Source: Alphaproteobacteria bacterium (GTDB taxonomy: Bacteria; Pseudomonadota; Alphaproteobacteria; Bin95). Taken from it: a stretch of 64,000 bases of DNA. Below the pieces are notes generated by a model that searched no databases, was not told the DNA's origin, and was given only the letters and a program-made list of their open reading frames with translations. Positions within the stretch are counted from its first letter, which is position 1; the number at the start of each line of letters is the position of its first letter. The stretch is taken from the NCBI GenBank assembly GCA_963665325.3, contig CAXXWS020000003.1, positions 96,001 to 160,000 on the forward strand. Direction: 5' to 3'. Positions 11,373 through 21,758 of this stretch are shown in pieces. Position numbers and translations under genes: made by a program.

Positions 11373-12608
11373 ATGCAGGACCTTTCGCGACTGCCGGCCT
11401 GGCCGGGTCCCAGCCTCACGCGCGTGCCGTTCGAGGTTTACCGCGACCGGGCGCTCTACGAGGCGGAACAGGAGCGCCTGTTTCGCGGGCCCGCCTGGCA
11501 TTTCCTGTGCATGGAGGCGGAACTGCCGGAGCCTGCCTCCTGGCGCACCACCTTCGTCGGCGAAACGCCAGTGATCGTCAGCCGCGACGGACAGGGGGCG
11601 CTGCATGCCTTCGAGAACCGCTGCGCCCATCGCGGCGCGCTGATCTGCCTCGGCGAGGGCGGCAGCGGGCGGCGCATCCAGTGCGTCTATCACGCCTGGA
11701 ACTACGATCTCGAGGGCAATCTGCGCGGCGTGGCCTTCGAGGGTGGCATAGACGGCGCGGGCGGCATGCCGGAGGGCTTCGACAAGTCCCGGCACGGACC
11801 GCGCAAGCTTCGCGTCGCGGCATGGTGCGGGCTGGTATTCGGCACATTCAGCCCGGATGTGGCGGACTTGGAAATCTGGCTCGGCCCGGAAATATGCGCC
11901 CGGCTCGCCCGGGTGCTGGGCAAGCCGGTCAGGCTGCTTGGCCGCCACCGCCAGATGCTGCCGAACAACTGGAAGCTCTATGTCGAGAATGTGAAGGACA
12001 GCTACCACGCCAGCCTGCTGCATTCCTTCTTCGCCACCTTCCGGCTGAACCGCCTGACCCAGGAGGGCGGCGTGGAGGTGGACGAGAGCGGCGGGCACCA
12101 TGTGAGCTGGTCGCGCATGCAGACCGACCGGCCGAACGAAGACTATGAGAAAGGCGGGCTGCGCGCCTGGAAGGACGATTACGCGCTTGCCGACCCGCGC
12201 CTCATCCACGGCCGCGACGAGTTCGGCGACGGCGTCTCGCTCCAGATCCTGACCGTCTTCCCCACCTTCGTCTCGCAGCAGGTGCAGAACGCGCTGGCCG
12301 TGCGCCAGGTGGTCCCGAAGGGCGTGGACCGCACCGAACTGCTCTGGACCTATTACGGCTTCGAGGACGACGACCCCGAGCTTGCCGAACAGCGCCTGCT
12401 CCAGGCCAATCTGGTGGGGCCGGCGGGCTTCATCTCGATGGAGGACGGCGCGGTCGGCGGCTTCGTGCAGCGCGGCGCGGCGGGCGCGGACGGGCTCGAC
12501 AGCGTGGTCGAGATGGGCGGCGCCGGCACGGAAAGCCAGCGGGGCCGCGCCACCGAGACCTCGGTGCGCGGCTTCTGGAAGGCCTGGCGGGCGGTCATGG
12601 GGCTGTGA
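11373..12608 (+). CDS. Rieske oxygenase large subunit, salicylate 5-hydroxylase (NagG)-like
   Basis: NRCAHRGA...CVYHAWNY; [19 protein letters not shown]; [16 protein letters not shown]. Confidence 0.9.
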   Translation: MQDLSRLPAWPGPSLTRVPFEVYRDRALYEAEQERLFRGPAWHFLCMEAELPEPASWRTTFVGETPVIVSRDGQGALHAFENRCAHRGALICLGEGGSGRRIQCVYHAWNYDLEGNLRGVAFEGGIDGAGGMPEGFDKSRHGPRKLRVAAWCGLVFGTFSPDVADLEIWLGPEICARLARVLGKPVRLLGRHRQMLPNNWKLYVENVKDSYHASLLHSFFATFRLNRLTQEGGVEVDESGGHHVSWSRMQTDRPNEDYEKGGLRAWKDDYALADPRLIHGRDEFGDGVSLQILTVFPTFVSQQVQNALAVRQVVPKGVDRTELLWTYYGFEDDDPELAEQRLLQANLVGPAGFISMEDGAVGGFVQRGAAGADGLDSVVEMGGAGTESQRGRATETSVRGFWKAWRAVMGL

Positions 12609-13057
12609 GCGGCCTCCAGGACGAGGTGGACGGCCTGTTCGCGCGCTACGCCATGGCCATAGACGACGACCGGCTGGAGGACTGGCTTGAGCTGTTCGCG
12701 GAGGACTGCCGCTACCGCATCGCCTCGCGCGACAATTTCGAGGCCGGCCTGCCGGTCTCGGTGGTCTATGCCGACGGGCGCGCCATGCTGGCCGACCGCG
12801 TGGCGGCGCTCCGCCGGGCGAATATCTACGAGGCGCAGCGCTACCGCCATGTGATCGGGCGCGCGCTGGTGGACGCGGGGCCGCCCGTCACCGCGCGCGC
12901 CGGCTACCATGTCGCGCGCATCATGCGCGAGGGCGATGTCATGCTGTTCAGCACCGGCGAATACCGCGCCGCCTTCGACGAGACGCTGCGTATCCGTGAG
13001 ATGACCGTGGTGTACGACAATGCCCGTATCGACACCCTTCTGGCGCTGCCGCTGTGA
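12605..13057 (+). CDS. Ring-hydroxylating oxygenase small (beta) subunit, NagH-like
   Basis: [13 protein letters not shown]...MLADRV...ANIYE...RYRH...IDTLLALPL; 4-nt overlap with the alpha subunit. Confidence 0.9.
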   Translation: MSGLQDEVDGLFARYAMAIDDDRLEDWLELFAEDCRYRIASRDNFEAGLPVSVVYADGRAMLADRVAALRRANIYEAQRYRHVIGRALVDAGPPVTARAGYHVARIMREGDVMLFSTGEYRAAFDETLRIREMTVVYDNARIDTLLALPL

Positions 13058-13347
13058 CGGGCGAGGAGGCCAGGGACGAACTGCTCATCCGGGGCGCACT
13101 GGAGCTCTGGGGCGCGGAGCCCGAAGGCGTGGCGGCTGCGCGCGAGGAGACGCCGCTCGGGGCCGCCTGGCGGGTCACGGGGCCGGACGGGCTGAGCCGC
13201 CTGCATCCCTCGATCTCGGGCGCGCTCCGCCATCTGCGTGCGCTCGTCGCGCCGGAGCGCCGGGCCAGCCGCGTGCTGTTCATGCGCCACCCCGCCGACG
13301 GGGTGAATCCGGATATCTCCGGCGATAGGGCGGCGGACCCCGAATGA
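13054..13347 (+). CDS. Hypothetical protein
   Basis: Translationally coupled on both sides (GTGA and ATGA overlaps); no recognised motif. Confidence 0.55.
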   Translation: MTGEEARDELLIRGALELWGAEPEGVAAAREETPLGAAWRVTGPDGLSRLHPSISGALRHLRALVAPERRASRVLFMRHPADGVNPDISGDRAADPE

Positions 13348-14261
13348 GCCGCGTCATCGCCATCACGGGCTTTCTCGGTTCCGGCAAGACGACCTTGCTG
13401 AAGGCCCTGCTTGCGCATGAGGCGCTCGGCGGCGACGGGGTGATCGTCAACGAGTTCGGCGATGTCGGCATCGATCATGCGCTGCTGGAGGCGGGCGAGG
13501 AGGAGCTGGTGGAGCTGGACTCCGGGTGCCTGTGCTGCGCAGCGAGGGGCGACATTCCCGCCGCTGTCGCCCGCCTGCAGGCGCAGCGGCCCTGCGAGCG
13601 CATCTGGCTGGAGACGAGCGGCCTCGCCGACCCCGCGCCTATCCTCCAGACGCTGATCGCCGCACACGGCCTCGAAGCGGGCGGCCTCGCCGCGACGGTC
13701 GATGCGGTGAACGGCGCGGAGACGCTTGCGCGCTATCCCGAGGCGGTGAAGCAGGCGGCGCTGGCGGACCTGCTGATCGTCACCAAGCGCGACCTCGCCC
13801 CGGCGGACGATCTCGAAGCCCGCCTCCGCCGGCTCAACCCGGGCGCGGAGATTGTCGAGGCGAGCTTCGGCGCGCTCGACCCGGGACGCCTGCTGGAGAT
13901 CACGCCCCGGCTCGACGCGCCCGACGGCCACGACCACGCCGCCGGCATCTCGACCTTCACGCTGCGGCGCGCCGAGCCCGTCCCCGCCGTCGCGCTCACG
14001 CTCTTCCTGGAGACGCTGGCCGACGCGGCGGGGCCGGACCTCTTGCGCCTCAAGGGCCTCGTGCGGATCGCCGAGGCGCCGGAGCAGCCCGTCGTCGTGC
14101 ATGGCGTGCAGCATGTTTTCCATCCGCTGGAGCGGCTTTCGCGCTGGCCGGGGGCCGACCGCACCACGAGACTGGTCGTCATCGGGCGCGGTATCCGGCA
14201 GGATTGGGCCGATGCGCTTCTGGAAGCGCTCATCGAGGAGGTTGAAGCATGTTCGATCTGA
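13344..14261 (+). CDS. CobW/COG0523 GTP-binding metallochaperone
   Basis: TGFLGSGKTT, VIVNEFG, GCLCC, ETSGLADP, LLRLKG...HGVQH. Confidence 0.93.
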   Translation: MSRVIAITGFLGSGKTTLLKALLAHEALGGDGVIVNEFGDVGIDHALLEAGEEELVELDSGCLCCAARGDIPAAVARLQAQRPCERIWLETSGLADPAPILQTLIAAHGLEAGGLAATVDAVNGAETLARYPEAVKQAALADLLIVTKRDLAPADDLEARLRRLNPGAEIVEASFGALDPGRLLEITPRLDAPDGHDHAAGISTFTLRRAEPVPAVALTLFLETLADAAGPDLLRLKGLVRIAEAPEQPVVVHGVQHVFHPLERLSRWPGADRTTRLVVIGRGIRQDWADALLEALIEEVEACSI

Positions 14262-15673
14262 TCCTGCGCAGCGACCGGGTGGTGACGCCGCAAGGCGTGG
14301 GCGCGCACGATGTGGCGGTCTCGGGCGAGCGCATCGCGGCCGTGGCCGAGCGGGGCGCGATCCCGGACGACTCCGCCCGTCGGGTCGTGGACGCCACGGG
14401 CCGGATCGTCATGCCGGGCGGCATCGACCCGCATGTGCACTGCCTCTGGCACCTGCCGCTGCCCGACGGCACGGCGATGCTGACCGACCCGCCCTCCGTG
14501 GTGAGCCGCGCCGCGCTCCACGGCGGCACCACGACGATGATCGACTTCGCCGCCCGCCAGGAGCCGCTGCCGCTGAAGGAGGTGATCGCCCGGCGCGACG
14601 CGGACTGGGACGGCGCCTGCTATTGCGACTACGCCTACCATGTGATGCTGCTCGGCGACATTCCGCCGGAGACGGTCTCCGAACTGGAAGGCGTGATCGC
14701 GGACGGCTATCCGACGGTCAAGATCTTCACCACCGACATCACGCCGTCCAGGCGCGGACGGATGGTGCATTTCGGAGACATCTGGGAGGTCTTCAAGGCT
14801 ATTACCCGCGCGGGCGGCCTCGGCGTCATCCATGCCGAGGACAACGACATCGTCATGCACATGTACGAGACCCTGATCCGCGAGGGCAGGGTCGGCTTCG
14901 AGAACATGGCGGAGGTCCACAACGCGCTCTCGGAGGACCTGTCCTTCCGCCGCGTGCTGAGGCTGGCGGAGGCCGGGAGGACGCCGCTCTACATGATGCA
15001 TGTGAGCGCGGCGACCGGCGTGCAGGCGATCCGCGAGGCCCGCGCCAAGGGCAGCCCGATCTACGGCGAGACGCTCCACCAGTACATGCTCTACAACAGC
15101 GACGACTACAAACGCCCGAACGGCCAGATCTACCACACCTATCCCTCGCTCAAGTCCCCGGAAGACCAGGCGGCGCTCTGGGCCGGCACGCTCGACGGCG
15201 CGATCAACTGCGTCGCAACCGACGAGATCTGCTGCACGCTCAAGGTCAAGACCATCGGCAACCGCATCGACGACACCACGGGCGGCAATGCCGGCGTCGA
15301 GCCGCGCATGGGCGTGATGTATGACGAGATGGTGACAAAGCGCGGCTACAGCCTGGAGCGTTATGCGGACCTGGTCTCGACCAACGCCGCCAAGATCATG
15401 GGCCTCTGGCCCCGCAAGGGCGCACTGGCTCCCGGCTCCGACGCCGACATCTGCGTGCTCGACCCCGAGGCGCGCGGCACCGTCCGCGCCGAAGACCTCC
15501 ACGAAGCCGACTACACCCCCTGGGAAGGCCACGCGATCACCGGCTGGCCCGCCATGACAATCCTGCGCGGGAAGGTGATGGTGGAAGACGGCAAGTTCCA
15601 CGGCGAGCCGGCAGACGGGAAGTATCTCAAGCGCGAGGTGACGGAGGCGGTGCGCGAGGGGCCAAGCCTGTAG
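14249..15673 (+). CDS. Cyclic amidohydrolase (dihydropyrimidinase/hydantoinase-like)
   Basis: MPGGIDPHVH, GGTTTMIDF, IHAED, YGETLHQY, KGALAPGSDADI. Confidence 0.88.
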   Translation: MFDLILRSDRVVTPQGVGAHDVAVSGERIAAVAERGAIPDDSARRVVDATGRIVMPGGIDPHVHCLWHLPLPDGTAMLTDPPSVVSRAALHGGTTTMIDFAARQEPLPLKEVIARRDADWDGACYCDYAYHVMLLGDIPPETVSELEGVIADGYPTVKIFTTDITPSRRGRMVHFGDIWEVFKAITRAGGLGVIHAEDNDIVMHMYETLIREGRVGFENMAEVHNALSEDLSFRRVLRLAEAGRTPLYMMHVSAATGVQAIREARAKGSPIYGETLHQYMLYNSDDYKRPNGQIYHTYPSLKSPEDQAALWAGTLDGAINCVATDEICCTLKVKTIGNRIDDTTGGNAGVEPRMGVMYDEMVTKRGYSLERYADLVSTNAAKIMGLWPRKGALAPGSDADICVLDPEARGTVRAEDLHEADYTPWEGHAITGWPAMTILRGKVMVEDGKFHGEPADGKYLKREVTEAVREGPSL

Positions 15674-15685
15674 GGGGGCTGCGTC

Positions 15686-15969
15686 ATGCTCATGCACGAC
15701 CCGTCCATCCCGGCGGCGTGATCCGGCGGCAATGTCTCGATCCGATGGAATTGACGGTGACCGAAACCGCCAAGGGCCTTGCGGTATCGCGCACCACGCT
15801 CTCCATGCTCCTCAACGGCCGCCTCGGAATTTCTCCCGAAATAGCGCTCCGGCTTTCGGAGGCTTTCGGAAGCGGCCCGGAAAGCTGGCTGCTTCAGCAG
15901 ATGCAATACGACCTCTGGCAGGCGAAGGCGAACCGCGGGCAGGTCGCCATCCGCAGATTCGCCGCGTGA
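15686..15969 (+). pseudogene. higA: HigA-family antitoxin (XRE HTH), apparently frameshifted near its 5' end; no adjacent toxin
   Basis: ATG CTC ATG CAC GAC CCG TC|CAT CCC GGC GGC GTG ATC reads MLMHDP, then a missing base, then HPGGVIRRQCLDP...LTVTETAKGLAVSRTTLS...ISPEIALRL...WLLQQ..YDL. Confidence 0.75.
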
Positions 15970-16084
15970 ACCCCGCGCTGCCGCCCGAAGGACTGCCGTT
16001 TCTTCCGCTTGACCGGCAGGCGCGTTCGGAGAAGGCTGCTGGCGTGGCGAACGGGGACAGGGAATCGGCGGCGGAAGGGTTGCG

Positions 16085-17281
16085 ATGCGGTTTATCGAGA
16101 GCCTGAGACTGGCCGGCCTGCTCTCCTTTCCGCCGGACATGGAGCCGTTTGAGCTCGAATCCCTCAATGTCCTCATCGGCCCGAACGGGTCCGGCAAGTC
16201 GAACTTCATCGAATCGTTCGAATTGTTGAAAGCACTTCCGAACGACCTCGCGGTGGCGATTCGCCAAGGTGGAGGCATACGGGATTGGATTTGGAAGGGT
16301 GCTTCATCGGGGGGAAAAGCAGAAATTGGATTGACTACTATACGCCGAACAATACCCAATGTCTTTGAAACACTACCCGCAATTGATTACCTTATTGAAT
16401 TTCAGGAAATACACGACCGAATCGATATCTGTGGTGAAATAATATCTAGATCTACAATAGAAAATGAAGAGCCATTGGTTTATTTCAACAATGGACCAGA
16501 CTTATTTGACATCAATGTTCTGGAGGATTCAAGAAACGAGAAAACATATAGAAAGCTTACCGTTTCGGATTTTTCATATGGCCAATCGATTCTTTCACAG
16601 CTGAGGGATCCGACAAAATACCGACAAATAAACTGGCTCGGCAGGGAATTTTCCTCGATCCAAACCTTCCGAGAGTGGTCGTTTGGTCGTGACGCAGAAC
16701 TTCGAAGGCCTCAAAGAGCCGATTTGCCAGATGACCGTCTCCTTCCTGACAACCAAAATTTAGCTATGGTACTAAACAAAATAGAGCATCACAAAGGGAA
16801 GACATTTGATGAGTTGCTCCGAAGGTTCTTTCCTCGTTTCGAGCGAATGACCACGCGGGTGTCGGGAGGGATCGTTCAGTTCTACTTACACGAAGAGAGG
16901 TTTTCCTCTCCAATTCCAGCAACCCGCATCTCCGACGGCACACTCCGTTTCATCGCCATGCTGGCGGTGCTGCTGTCGCCGGAGCCGCCGCCGCTGGTTT
17001 GCATCGAAGAGCCGGAATTGGGGCTGCATCCGGACGCAGTGGCGCTGATGGCGGAGGTATTGTCCGAAGCGTCGGAGCGGATGCAGCTTGTGGTGACCAC
17101 GCACTCGGACACGCTGGTCTCAGCGCTGACGAGCCGTCCCAGCGCCATCATCGCCTGCGAGCGCCCCGGCGACGGCACGATGTTACGGCGGCTGGATCCC
17201 GAGCGGCTCGCCCACTGGCTTGAAGACGATTACGGCCTCGGAGACCTCTGGCGTATGGGGGCGCTGGGCGCAAACCCGTGA
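16085..17281 (+). CDS. ABC-type ATPase (AAA_21/AAA_15 family)
   Basis: Walker A IGPNGSGKSN, signature ISDGTLRF, Walker B/D-loop CIEEPELGLHP, H-loop VTTHS. Confidence 0.9.
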   Translation: MRFIESLRLAGLLSFPPDMEPFELESLNVLIGPNGSGKSNFIESFELLKALPNDLAVAIRQGGGIRDWIWKGASSGGKAEIGLTTIRRTIPNVFETLPAIDYLIEFQEIHDRIDICGEIISRSTIENEEPLVYFNNGPDLFDINVLEDSRNEKTYRKLTVSDFSYGQSILSQLRDPTKYRQINWLGREFSSIQTFREWSFGRDAELRRPQRADLPDDRLLPDNQNLAMVLNKIEHHKGKTFDELLRRFFPRFERMTTRVSGGIVQFYLHEERFSSPIPATRISDGTLRFIAMLAVLLSPEPPPLVCIEEPELGLHPDAVALMAEVLSEASERMQLVVTTHSDTLVSALTSRPSAIIACERPGDGTMLRRLDPERLAHWLEDDYGLGDLWRMGALGANP

Positions 17282-17889
17282 GCGCCGTTTCGATCTTCAT
17301 GGAGGGAGGGGGACCCCGTGCGGCCGGTCAGGACCGGCTTCGGCGGGGCATGGACGTGTTCCTGCAAGAGTTGAGGGAGGCGGCTAGAGCCGCCTCCTGG
17401 CGCTGGCGGCTCATCTGTTGCGGAGACCGGGGCCGCGCATTCAAGGCATTCGAGGCGGAGGTAAAGCAGGGCGAATCGGGGCTTGCCGTGCTTCTGGTCG
17501 ATTCCGAGGACCCGGTGACTGCGGACACGTTCCGGGAGCATCTTGAAAGGCGGGACGGATGGACAATCGATTTCGTCCCGGACGGCAGGATTCATCTCAT
17601 GGTCCAGACGATGGAAACATGGATCGTCGCCGACAGGCCGGCATTGGAAGAATATTACGGCGATGGGTTGAAAGCCGATGAGCTTCCCGGAGCGGACGAT
17701 CTGGAATCGGCATCCGGCGTCGATAAATCCCTGGAGAGGGCGACAAGAAACACAACGCACGGAGAATATCGCAAAATCGGCCATGCAAGCGACTTGCTCC
17801 AACGGATAGACCCGGAGACGGTGCAACGACGCTGCCCGGCCTGCCGGCGCCTGTTCGAGACGCTGGCGAAGGAAATCGGGCGGCAATAG
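17278..17889 (+). CDS. DUF4276-like (TOPRIM-like) partner of the ATPase
   Basis: IFMEGGG, ICCG, LLVDSED, MVQTMETWIVAD, YRKIGH motifs; GTGA coupling to the ATPase. Confidence 0.8.
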   Translation: MSAVSIFMEGGGPRAAGQDRLRRGMDVFLQELREAARAASWRWRLICCGDRGRAFKAFEAEVKQGESGLAVLLVDSEDPVTADTFREHLERRDGWTIDFVPDGRIHLMVQTMETWIVADRPALEEYYGDGLKADELPGADDLESASGVDKSLERATRNTTHGEYRKIGHASDLLQRIDPETVQRRCPACRRLFETLAKEIGRQ

Positions 17890-17950
17890 CCGGGGACTGC
17901 GCGCCTCTTCCTCCGGCTGCTGTCCGTCGCCCCCGAAGAATCTCCCCACG

Positions 17951-18340
17951 GGGGTTGAAATCGCGCACTGTTCGTATTATGTTCCATTCTGTGCACAGCA
18001 ACCGGAACCCGGCGGCGCGCGCGGCCGGTGGGTTTTTCGGCCCCCTCCCGGGGAACGGGTGAAGTGCGTCCTGTGCCCGCTTCGCGCGCGGGGGCGCAGG
18101 CGCAATCAGGCGCGCGAACCGCGCCGGCGCTAACGCGCGCGGACGGGCGCGCGATACGCGCGGCAAGGGGTCCCGCCGCTCTGGCGCCGGGCCAGCGGCG
18201 ATGAGGGAATGGAGGAGAACGGAACGCGATGGAGGAACGATATGCGGGAACGGAACGGCAAGGCTGCGGCGGGGGCATGGCGAACATGACATCGCATGAC
18301 AGAACATGACAATTCATGACATTCCGCTGGAGTGGGCCCC
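17951..18340 (+). repeat. Dispersed non-coding element, copy A
   Basis: Shares an exact 32-mer (18099-18130), CGCGATACGCGCG, AGAACGGAACG, CATGGCGAA, 10-bp-phased CATGAC repeats (18285, 18295, 18305, 18315) and GTGGGCCCC, in the same order, with 43268-43708. Confidence 0.85.
17970..17984. promoter_or_regulatory. Alphaproteobacterial LexA (SOS) box overlapping a sigma70-like promoter
   Basis: GTTC-GTATTAT-GTTC is an exact GTTC-N7-GTTC; TTGAAA at 17955 lies 17 nt before TATGTT at 17978. Confidence 0.6.
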
Positions 18341-18554
18341 TGGGTCCGGACAGTTTGGTTGAATGCAATTGACGGGTGCGCGGGCATTGGAAGGATCACA
18401 GCCCATGAGGAAGCACCGCACACCGCTGGAACCTTCACCCGTCGGGTGACCCCCAAGGCACTCTCTCAATCCGCTCTTAGACCCAATCTAAAACCGAGCC
18501 CCAGAAAACCCCCACCCTCAAATGCCGGATCTAGGATAACAAGCCATCCCGCCC

Positions 18555-20054
18555 CTAGCCCGCCTCCTGCCACCGCAGCACCGGCTTGCGCGCCGCCTGG
18601 GTCTCGTCCAGCCGGCGTCTCGGCGCGTGGAAGGGAGCCTCCGTCAGCGGCGCGCCGTCCTTCGCACGATCCGCCAGGCCGCGCATGATGGCGACGAAGC
18701 GGTCCAAGCTTGCGCGGGTCTCGGTTTCCGTGGGTTCCACCAGCATCGCGCCATGCACCACCAGCGGAAAGTAGACCGTCATCGGGTGCAGGCCCTCGTC
18801 GATCATCGCCTTGGCGATGTCCAGCGTGGAGACGCCGGTATCCTTGAGCGCGCGGTCGTCGAACAGCGCCTCGTGCATGGCCGGGCCGGCATGGGCGAAG
18901 GGCGCGGAATACACGTCCTCGAGCTGGCGCAGCAGGTAGTTTGCATTCAGCACCGCATCGCCCGAGACCTGTCGGAGCCCGTCCGCCCCGTGGCTCATCA
19001 TGTAGGCGAGCGCGCGCACGAACATGCCCATCTGGCCGTGGAAGGCCTTCATCCGCCCGAAGGCCCGCCCGTTCGCCTCCTCCAGCCTGAACACCCCGTC
19101 TTCCTCGACAATGCGCGGCACCGGCGCGAAGGGCGCCAGCGCGTCGGAGAACACCACCGGCCCCGAGCCCGGCCCGCCGCCGCCGTGCGGGGTCGAGAAG
19201 GTCTTGTGCAGGTTGATGTGCATGGCATCGACGCCGAGATCGCCCGGGCGCACGCGCCCGACGATGGCGTTGAAATTGGCCCCGTCGCAGTAGAAATAGC
19301 CGCCGGCTTCGTGGACGGCGTCGGCGATGCGCCGGATGTCGTTCTCGAACACGCCGCAGGTGTTGGGGTTGGTCAGCATCACCGCCGCAACCCCGCCCTC
19401 GCCCGCCAGCGCCTCGAAGCGTTCCGGATCGACCCGCCCCCGTCCGTCCTCCGGGATCGAGACGACCTCGAAACCGAGCGCGGCGGCCGTCGCCGGGTTT
19501 GTGCCATGCGCCGAATCCGGCACCAGAACGCGCTTCCGGTCCGCATTCGCCGCGCCGCCTGCGTCGAGCGCGGCGCGGATCGCCATCATGCCGCAAAGCT
19601 CGCCATGCGCGCCGGCGCCGGGCGTGAGCGCGACGCCCGGCATGCCGGTCAGCACGGTCAGCCAGCGCTGCAGCTCGCGGCAGAGCGCGAGCGCCCCCTG
19701 CACCGTGCTCTCCGGCTGAAGCGGGTGGATGTCCGCAAAGCCCGGCAGCCGCGCCACGCGCTCGTTCAGGCGTGGATTGTGCTTCATGGTGCAGGAGCCG
19801 AGCGGGAAGAGGCCCGTGTCGATGCCGTAATTCTTCTGCGAGAGACGGGTGTAGTGGCGCACCACGGTCGGCTCCGCGAGGCTCGGCAGACCGATGGGGC
19901 CCGAGCGCCCAAGCCCGCCCAGCCGGTCGGGGCCCGGCTCCGCTTCAGGCCAGTCCACGCCGAGGGCGCCGGGGCTGTCCTGCTCGAAGATCAGCGGCTC
20001 CTCGATGCGGAGCCCGAGATCGCCGGAGACCGTGTCGTGGGACGAACCGCTCAT
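18555..20054 (-). CDS. gcvPB: Glycine dehydrogenase (decarboxylating) subunit 2
   Basis: [48 protein letters not shown]. Confidence 0.96.
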   Translation of the reverse strand: MSGSSHDTVSGDLGLRIEEPLIFEQDSPGALGVDWPEAEPGPDRLGGLGRSGPIGLPSLAEPTVVRHYTRLSQKNYGIDTGLFPLGSCTMKHNPRLNERVARLPGFADIHPLQPESTVQGALALCRELQRWLTVLTGMPGVALTPGAGAHGELCGMMAIRAALDAGGAANADRKRVLVPDSAHGTNPATAAALGFEVVSIPEDGRGRVDPERFEALAGEGGVAAVMLTNPNTCGVFENDIRRIADAVHEAGGYFYCDGANFNAIVGRVRPGDLGVDAMHINLHKTFSTPHGGGGPGSGPVVFSDALAPFAPVPRIVEEDGVFRLEEANGRAFGRMKAFHGQMGMFVRALAYMMSHGADGLRQVSGDAVLNANYLLRQLEDVYSAPFAHAGPAMHEALFDDRALKDTGVSTLDIAKAMIDEGLHPMTVYFPLVVHGAMLVEPTETETRASLDRFVAIMRGLADRAKDGAPLTEAPFHAPRRRLDETQAARKPVLRWQEAG

Positions 20055-21370
20055 GACAATGCCTCCGCCAGGGCCGCCAGGTCTTCCTCGGCCGCCGTCT
20101 CGGTCACCGCGACCAGCAGCAGGTCGTCGAGCCCCGCGCCCGGATAGAGGCGCGAAACGGGTACGCCCGCAAGGATGCCTTCACCGGCCAGCCGCTCGAC
20201 CGTTTCCGCCGCATCGCCGTCCAGCCGGACGGTGAACTCGTTGAAGAAGGCCGGGGTGACCACGCGCCCGCCCAACCGGTCGGCCAGCGCCACGGCGCCG
20301 GCATGGTTGAGCGCGGCGAGGCGCTTCAGCCCGGTCTCGCCCAGCAGGGTCAGATGGATGGTGAAGGCGAGCGAACAGAGGCCGGAATTGGTGCAGATAT
20401 TGCTGGTCGCGCGCTCGCGGCGGATGTGCTGCTCGCGCGTCGCCAGGGTCAGCACATAGCCGCGCCGGCCGTCGGCATCCACGGTCTCGCCGCAAAGCCG
20501 GCCCGGCATCTGGCGCATATGGCGGGTGCGGGCGGCGAACAGGCCGAGATGCGGGCCGCCAAAGCCCATTGCATTGCCGAGCGACTGGCCCTCGGCCGCA
20601 ACGATATCGGCCCCCATCTCGCCCGGCGGCCTGAGCGCGCCGAGCGCCACGATCTCGGTGACGACGACCACCAGCAGCGCGCCCTTCGCATGGGCGGCCT
20701 CCGCCAGCGCGGAGTAGTCGGCGACATTGCCGAACAGGTCCGGATACTGGACGACGACGCAGGAGGTTTCCTCGTCGATGCGCGACGCCAGGTCCTCGCC
20801 GCCGGCGGGCATGGGCGGGCCGGCCTCCAGCGTGAAGCCCTGGAAGCGCGCGAGCGTCGCCGCCGTGTCGCGGTAATGCGGGTGGAGATTGCCGGAGACC
20901 ACGGCCTTCGAGCGCCGGGTGACGCGGTTCGCCATCGTCACGGCCTCTGCCGCGGCCGTCGCGCCGTCGTACATGGAGGCGTTGGCGACCTCCATGCCGG
21001 TCAGCAGGCAGACCTGGGTCTGAAACTCGAACAGGTATTGCAGCGTGCCCTGGGCGATTTCCGGCTGATAGGGCGTATAGGAGGTGAGGAACTCGCCGCG
21101 CTGGATCAGGTAGTCCACGGCCGCCGGGATGTGGTGGCGGTAGCTGCCGGCCCCGCAGAAGAAGGGGCCCGCGCCCGCCGCCCGGTTCCGCGCGGCAAGC
21201 CGCGAGAGCCGCCGCTCGACCTCGAACTCGCCGGCATGGTGCGGCAGGTCCACCGGCTCCGCCAGCAGCGCGCCTTCGGGCACGTCCGCGAACAGGGCCT
21301 CCACCGACGGCGCGCCGATCGCCTGGAGCATCCCGCTGCGGTCGGCGTCGGTGATCGGCAGGTAGCGCAT
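20051..21370 (-). CDS. gcvPA: Glycine dehydrogenase (decarboxylating) subunit 1
   Basis: [42 protein letters not shown]. Confidence 0.96.
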   Translation of the reverse strand: MRYLPITDADRSGMLQAIGAPSVEALFADVPEGALLAEPVDLPHHAGEFEVERRLSRLAARNRAAGAGPFFCGAGSYRHHIPAAVDYLIQRGEFLTSYTPYQPEIAQGTLQYLFEFQTQVCLLTGMEVANASMYDGATAAAEAVTMANRVTRRSKAVVSGNLHPHYRDTAATLARFQGFTLEAGPPMPAGGEDLASRIDEETSCVVVQYPDLFGNVADYSALAEAAHAKGALLVVVVTEIVALGALRPPGEMGADIVAAEGQSLGNAMGFGGPHLGLFAARTRHMRQMPGRLCGETVDADGRRGYVLTLATREQHIRRERATSNICTNSGLCSLAFTIHLTLLGETGLKRLAALNHAGAVALADRLGGRVVTPAFFNEFTVRLDGDAAETVERLAGEGILAGVPVSRLYPGAGLDDLLLVAVTETAAEEDLAALAEALS

Positions 21371-21750
21371 CAGTCGAGTTCCTCGACGAAGGCCTGGTAG
21401 CCCTCTTCGTCCATCAGCTCGTCGAGCTCGCCCTCGTCGTCGATCTGCATGCGGAAGAACCAGCCCTGGTCCTCGGCGGACTCGTTGACGAGGTCGGGCG
21501 ACTCTTCGAGCCGGTCGTTGACCGCGAGGATCGTGCCGGTCAGCGGCGCATAGACGTCGCTTGCCGCCTTGGTGCTCTCAACCACCGCGGCCTCGCCGTC
21601 GCGGGCGACCTGCACGCCTACCTCCGGCAGTTCGACATAGACGACGTCGCCCAATTGCGTCTGGGCGTAATCGGTGATGCCGCAGATCGCAGCACCGTCC
21701 TCGATCCGCACCCATTCATGTTCGCGCGTGTAGTAGGTCTTGACGGCCAT
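21370..21750 (-). CDS. gcvH: Glycine cleavage system H protein
   Basis: [32 protein letters not shown] with the lipoyl lysine. Confidence 0.96.
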   Translation of the reverse strand: MAVKTYYTREHEWVRIEDGAAICGITDYAQTQLGDVVYVELPEVGVQVARDGEAAVVESTKAASDVYAPLTGTILAVNDRLEESPDLVNESAEDQGWFFRMQIDDEGELDELMDEEGYQAFVEELD

Positions 21751-21758
21751 CGGACTTC

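Noticed and set aside
18340-18550. Lower-GC tract between element copy A and gcvPB as an RNA gene or IS end
   Set aside because: No recognisable motif, inverted repeat or second copy in the window.
17597-18688. ORFs across the repeat element (e.g. ...MNCHVLSCDVM..., and ...CHEMSCFVM... near 43.6 kb)
   Set aside because: The reading frame is not preserved between the two copies; the shared peptides are by-products of the DNA motifs.
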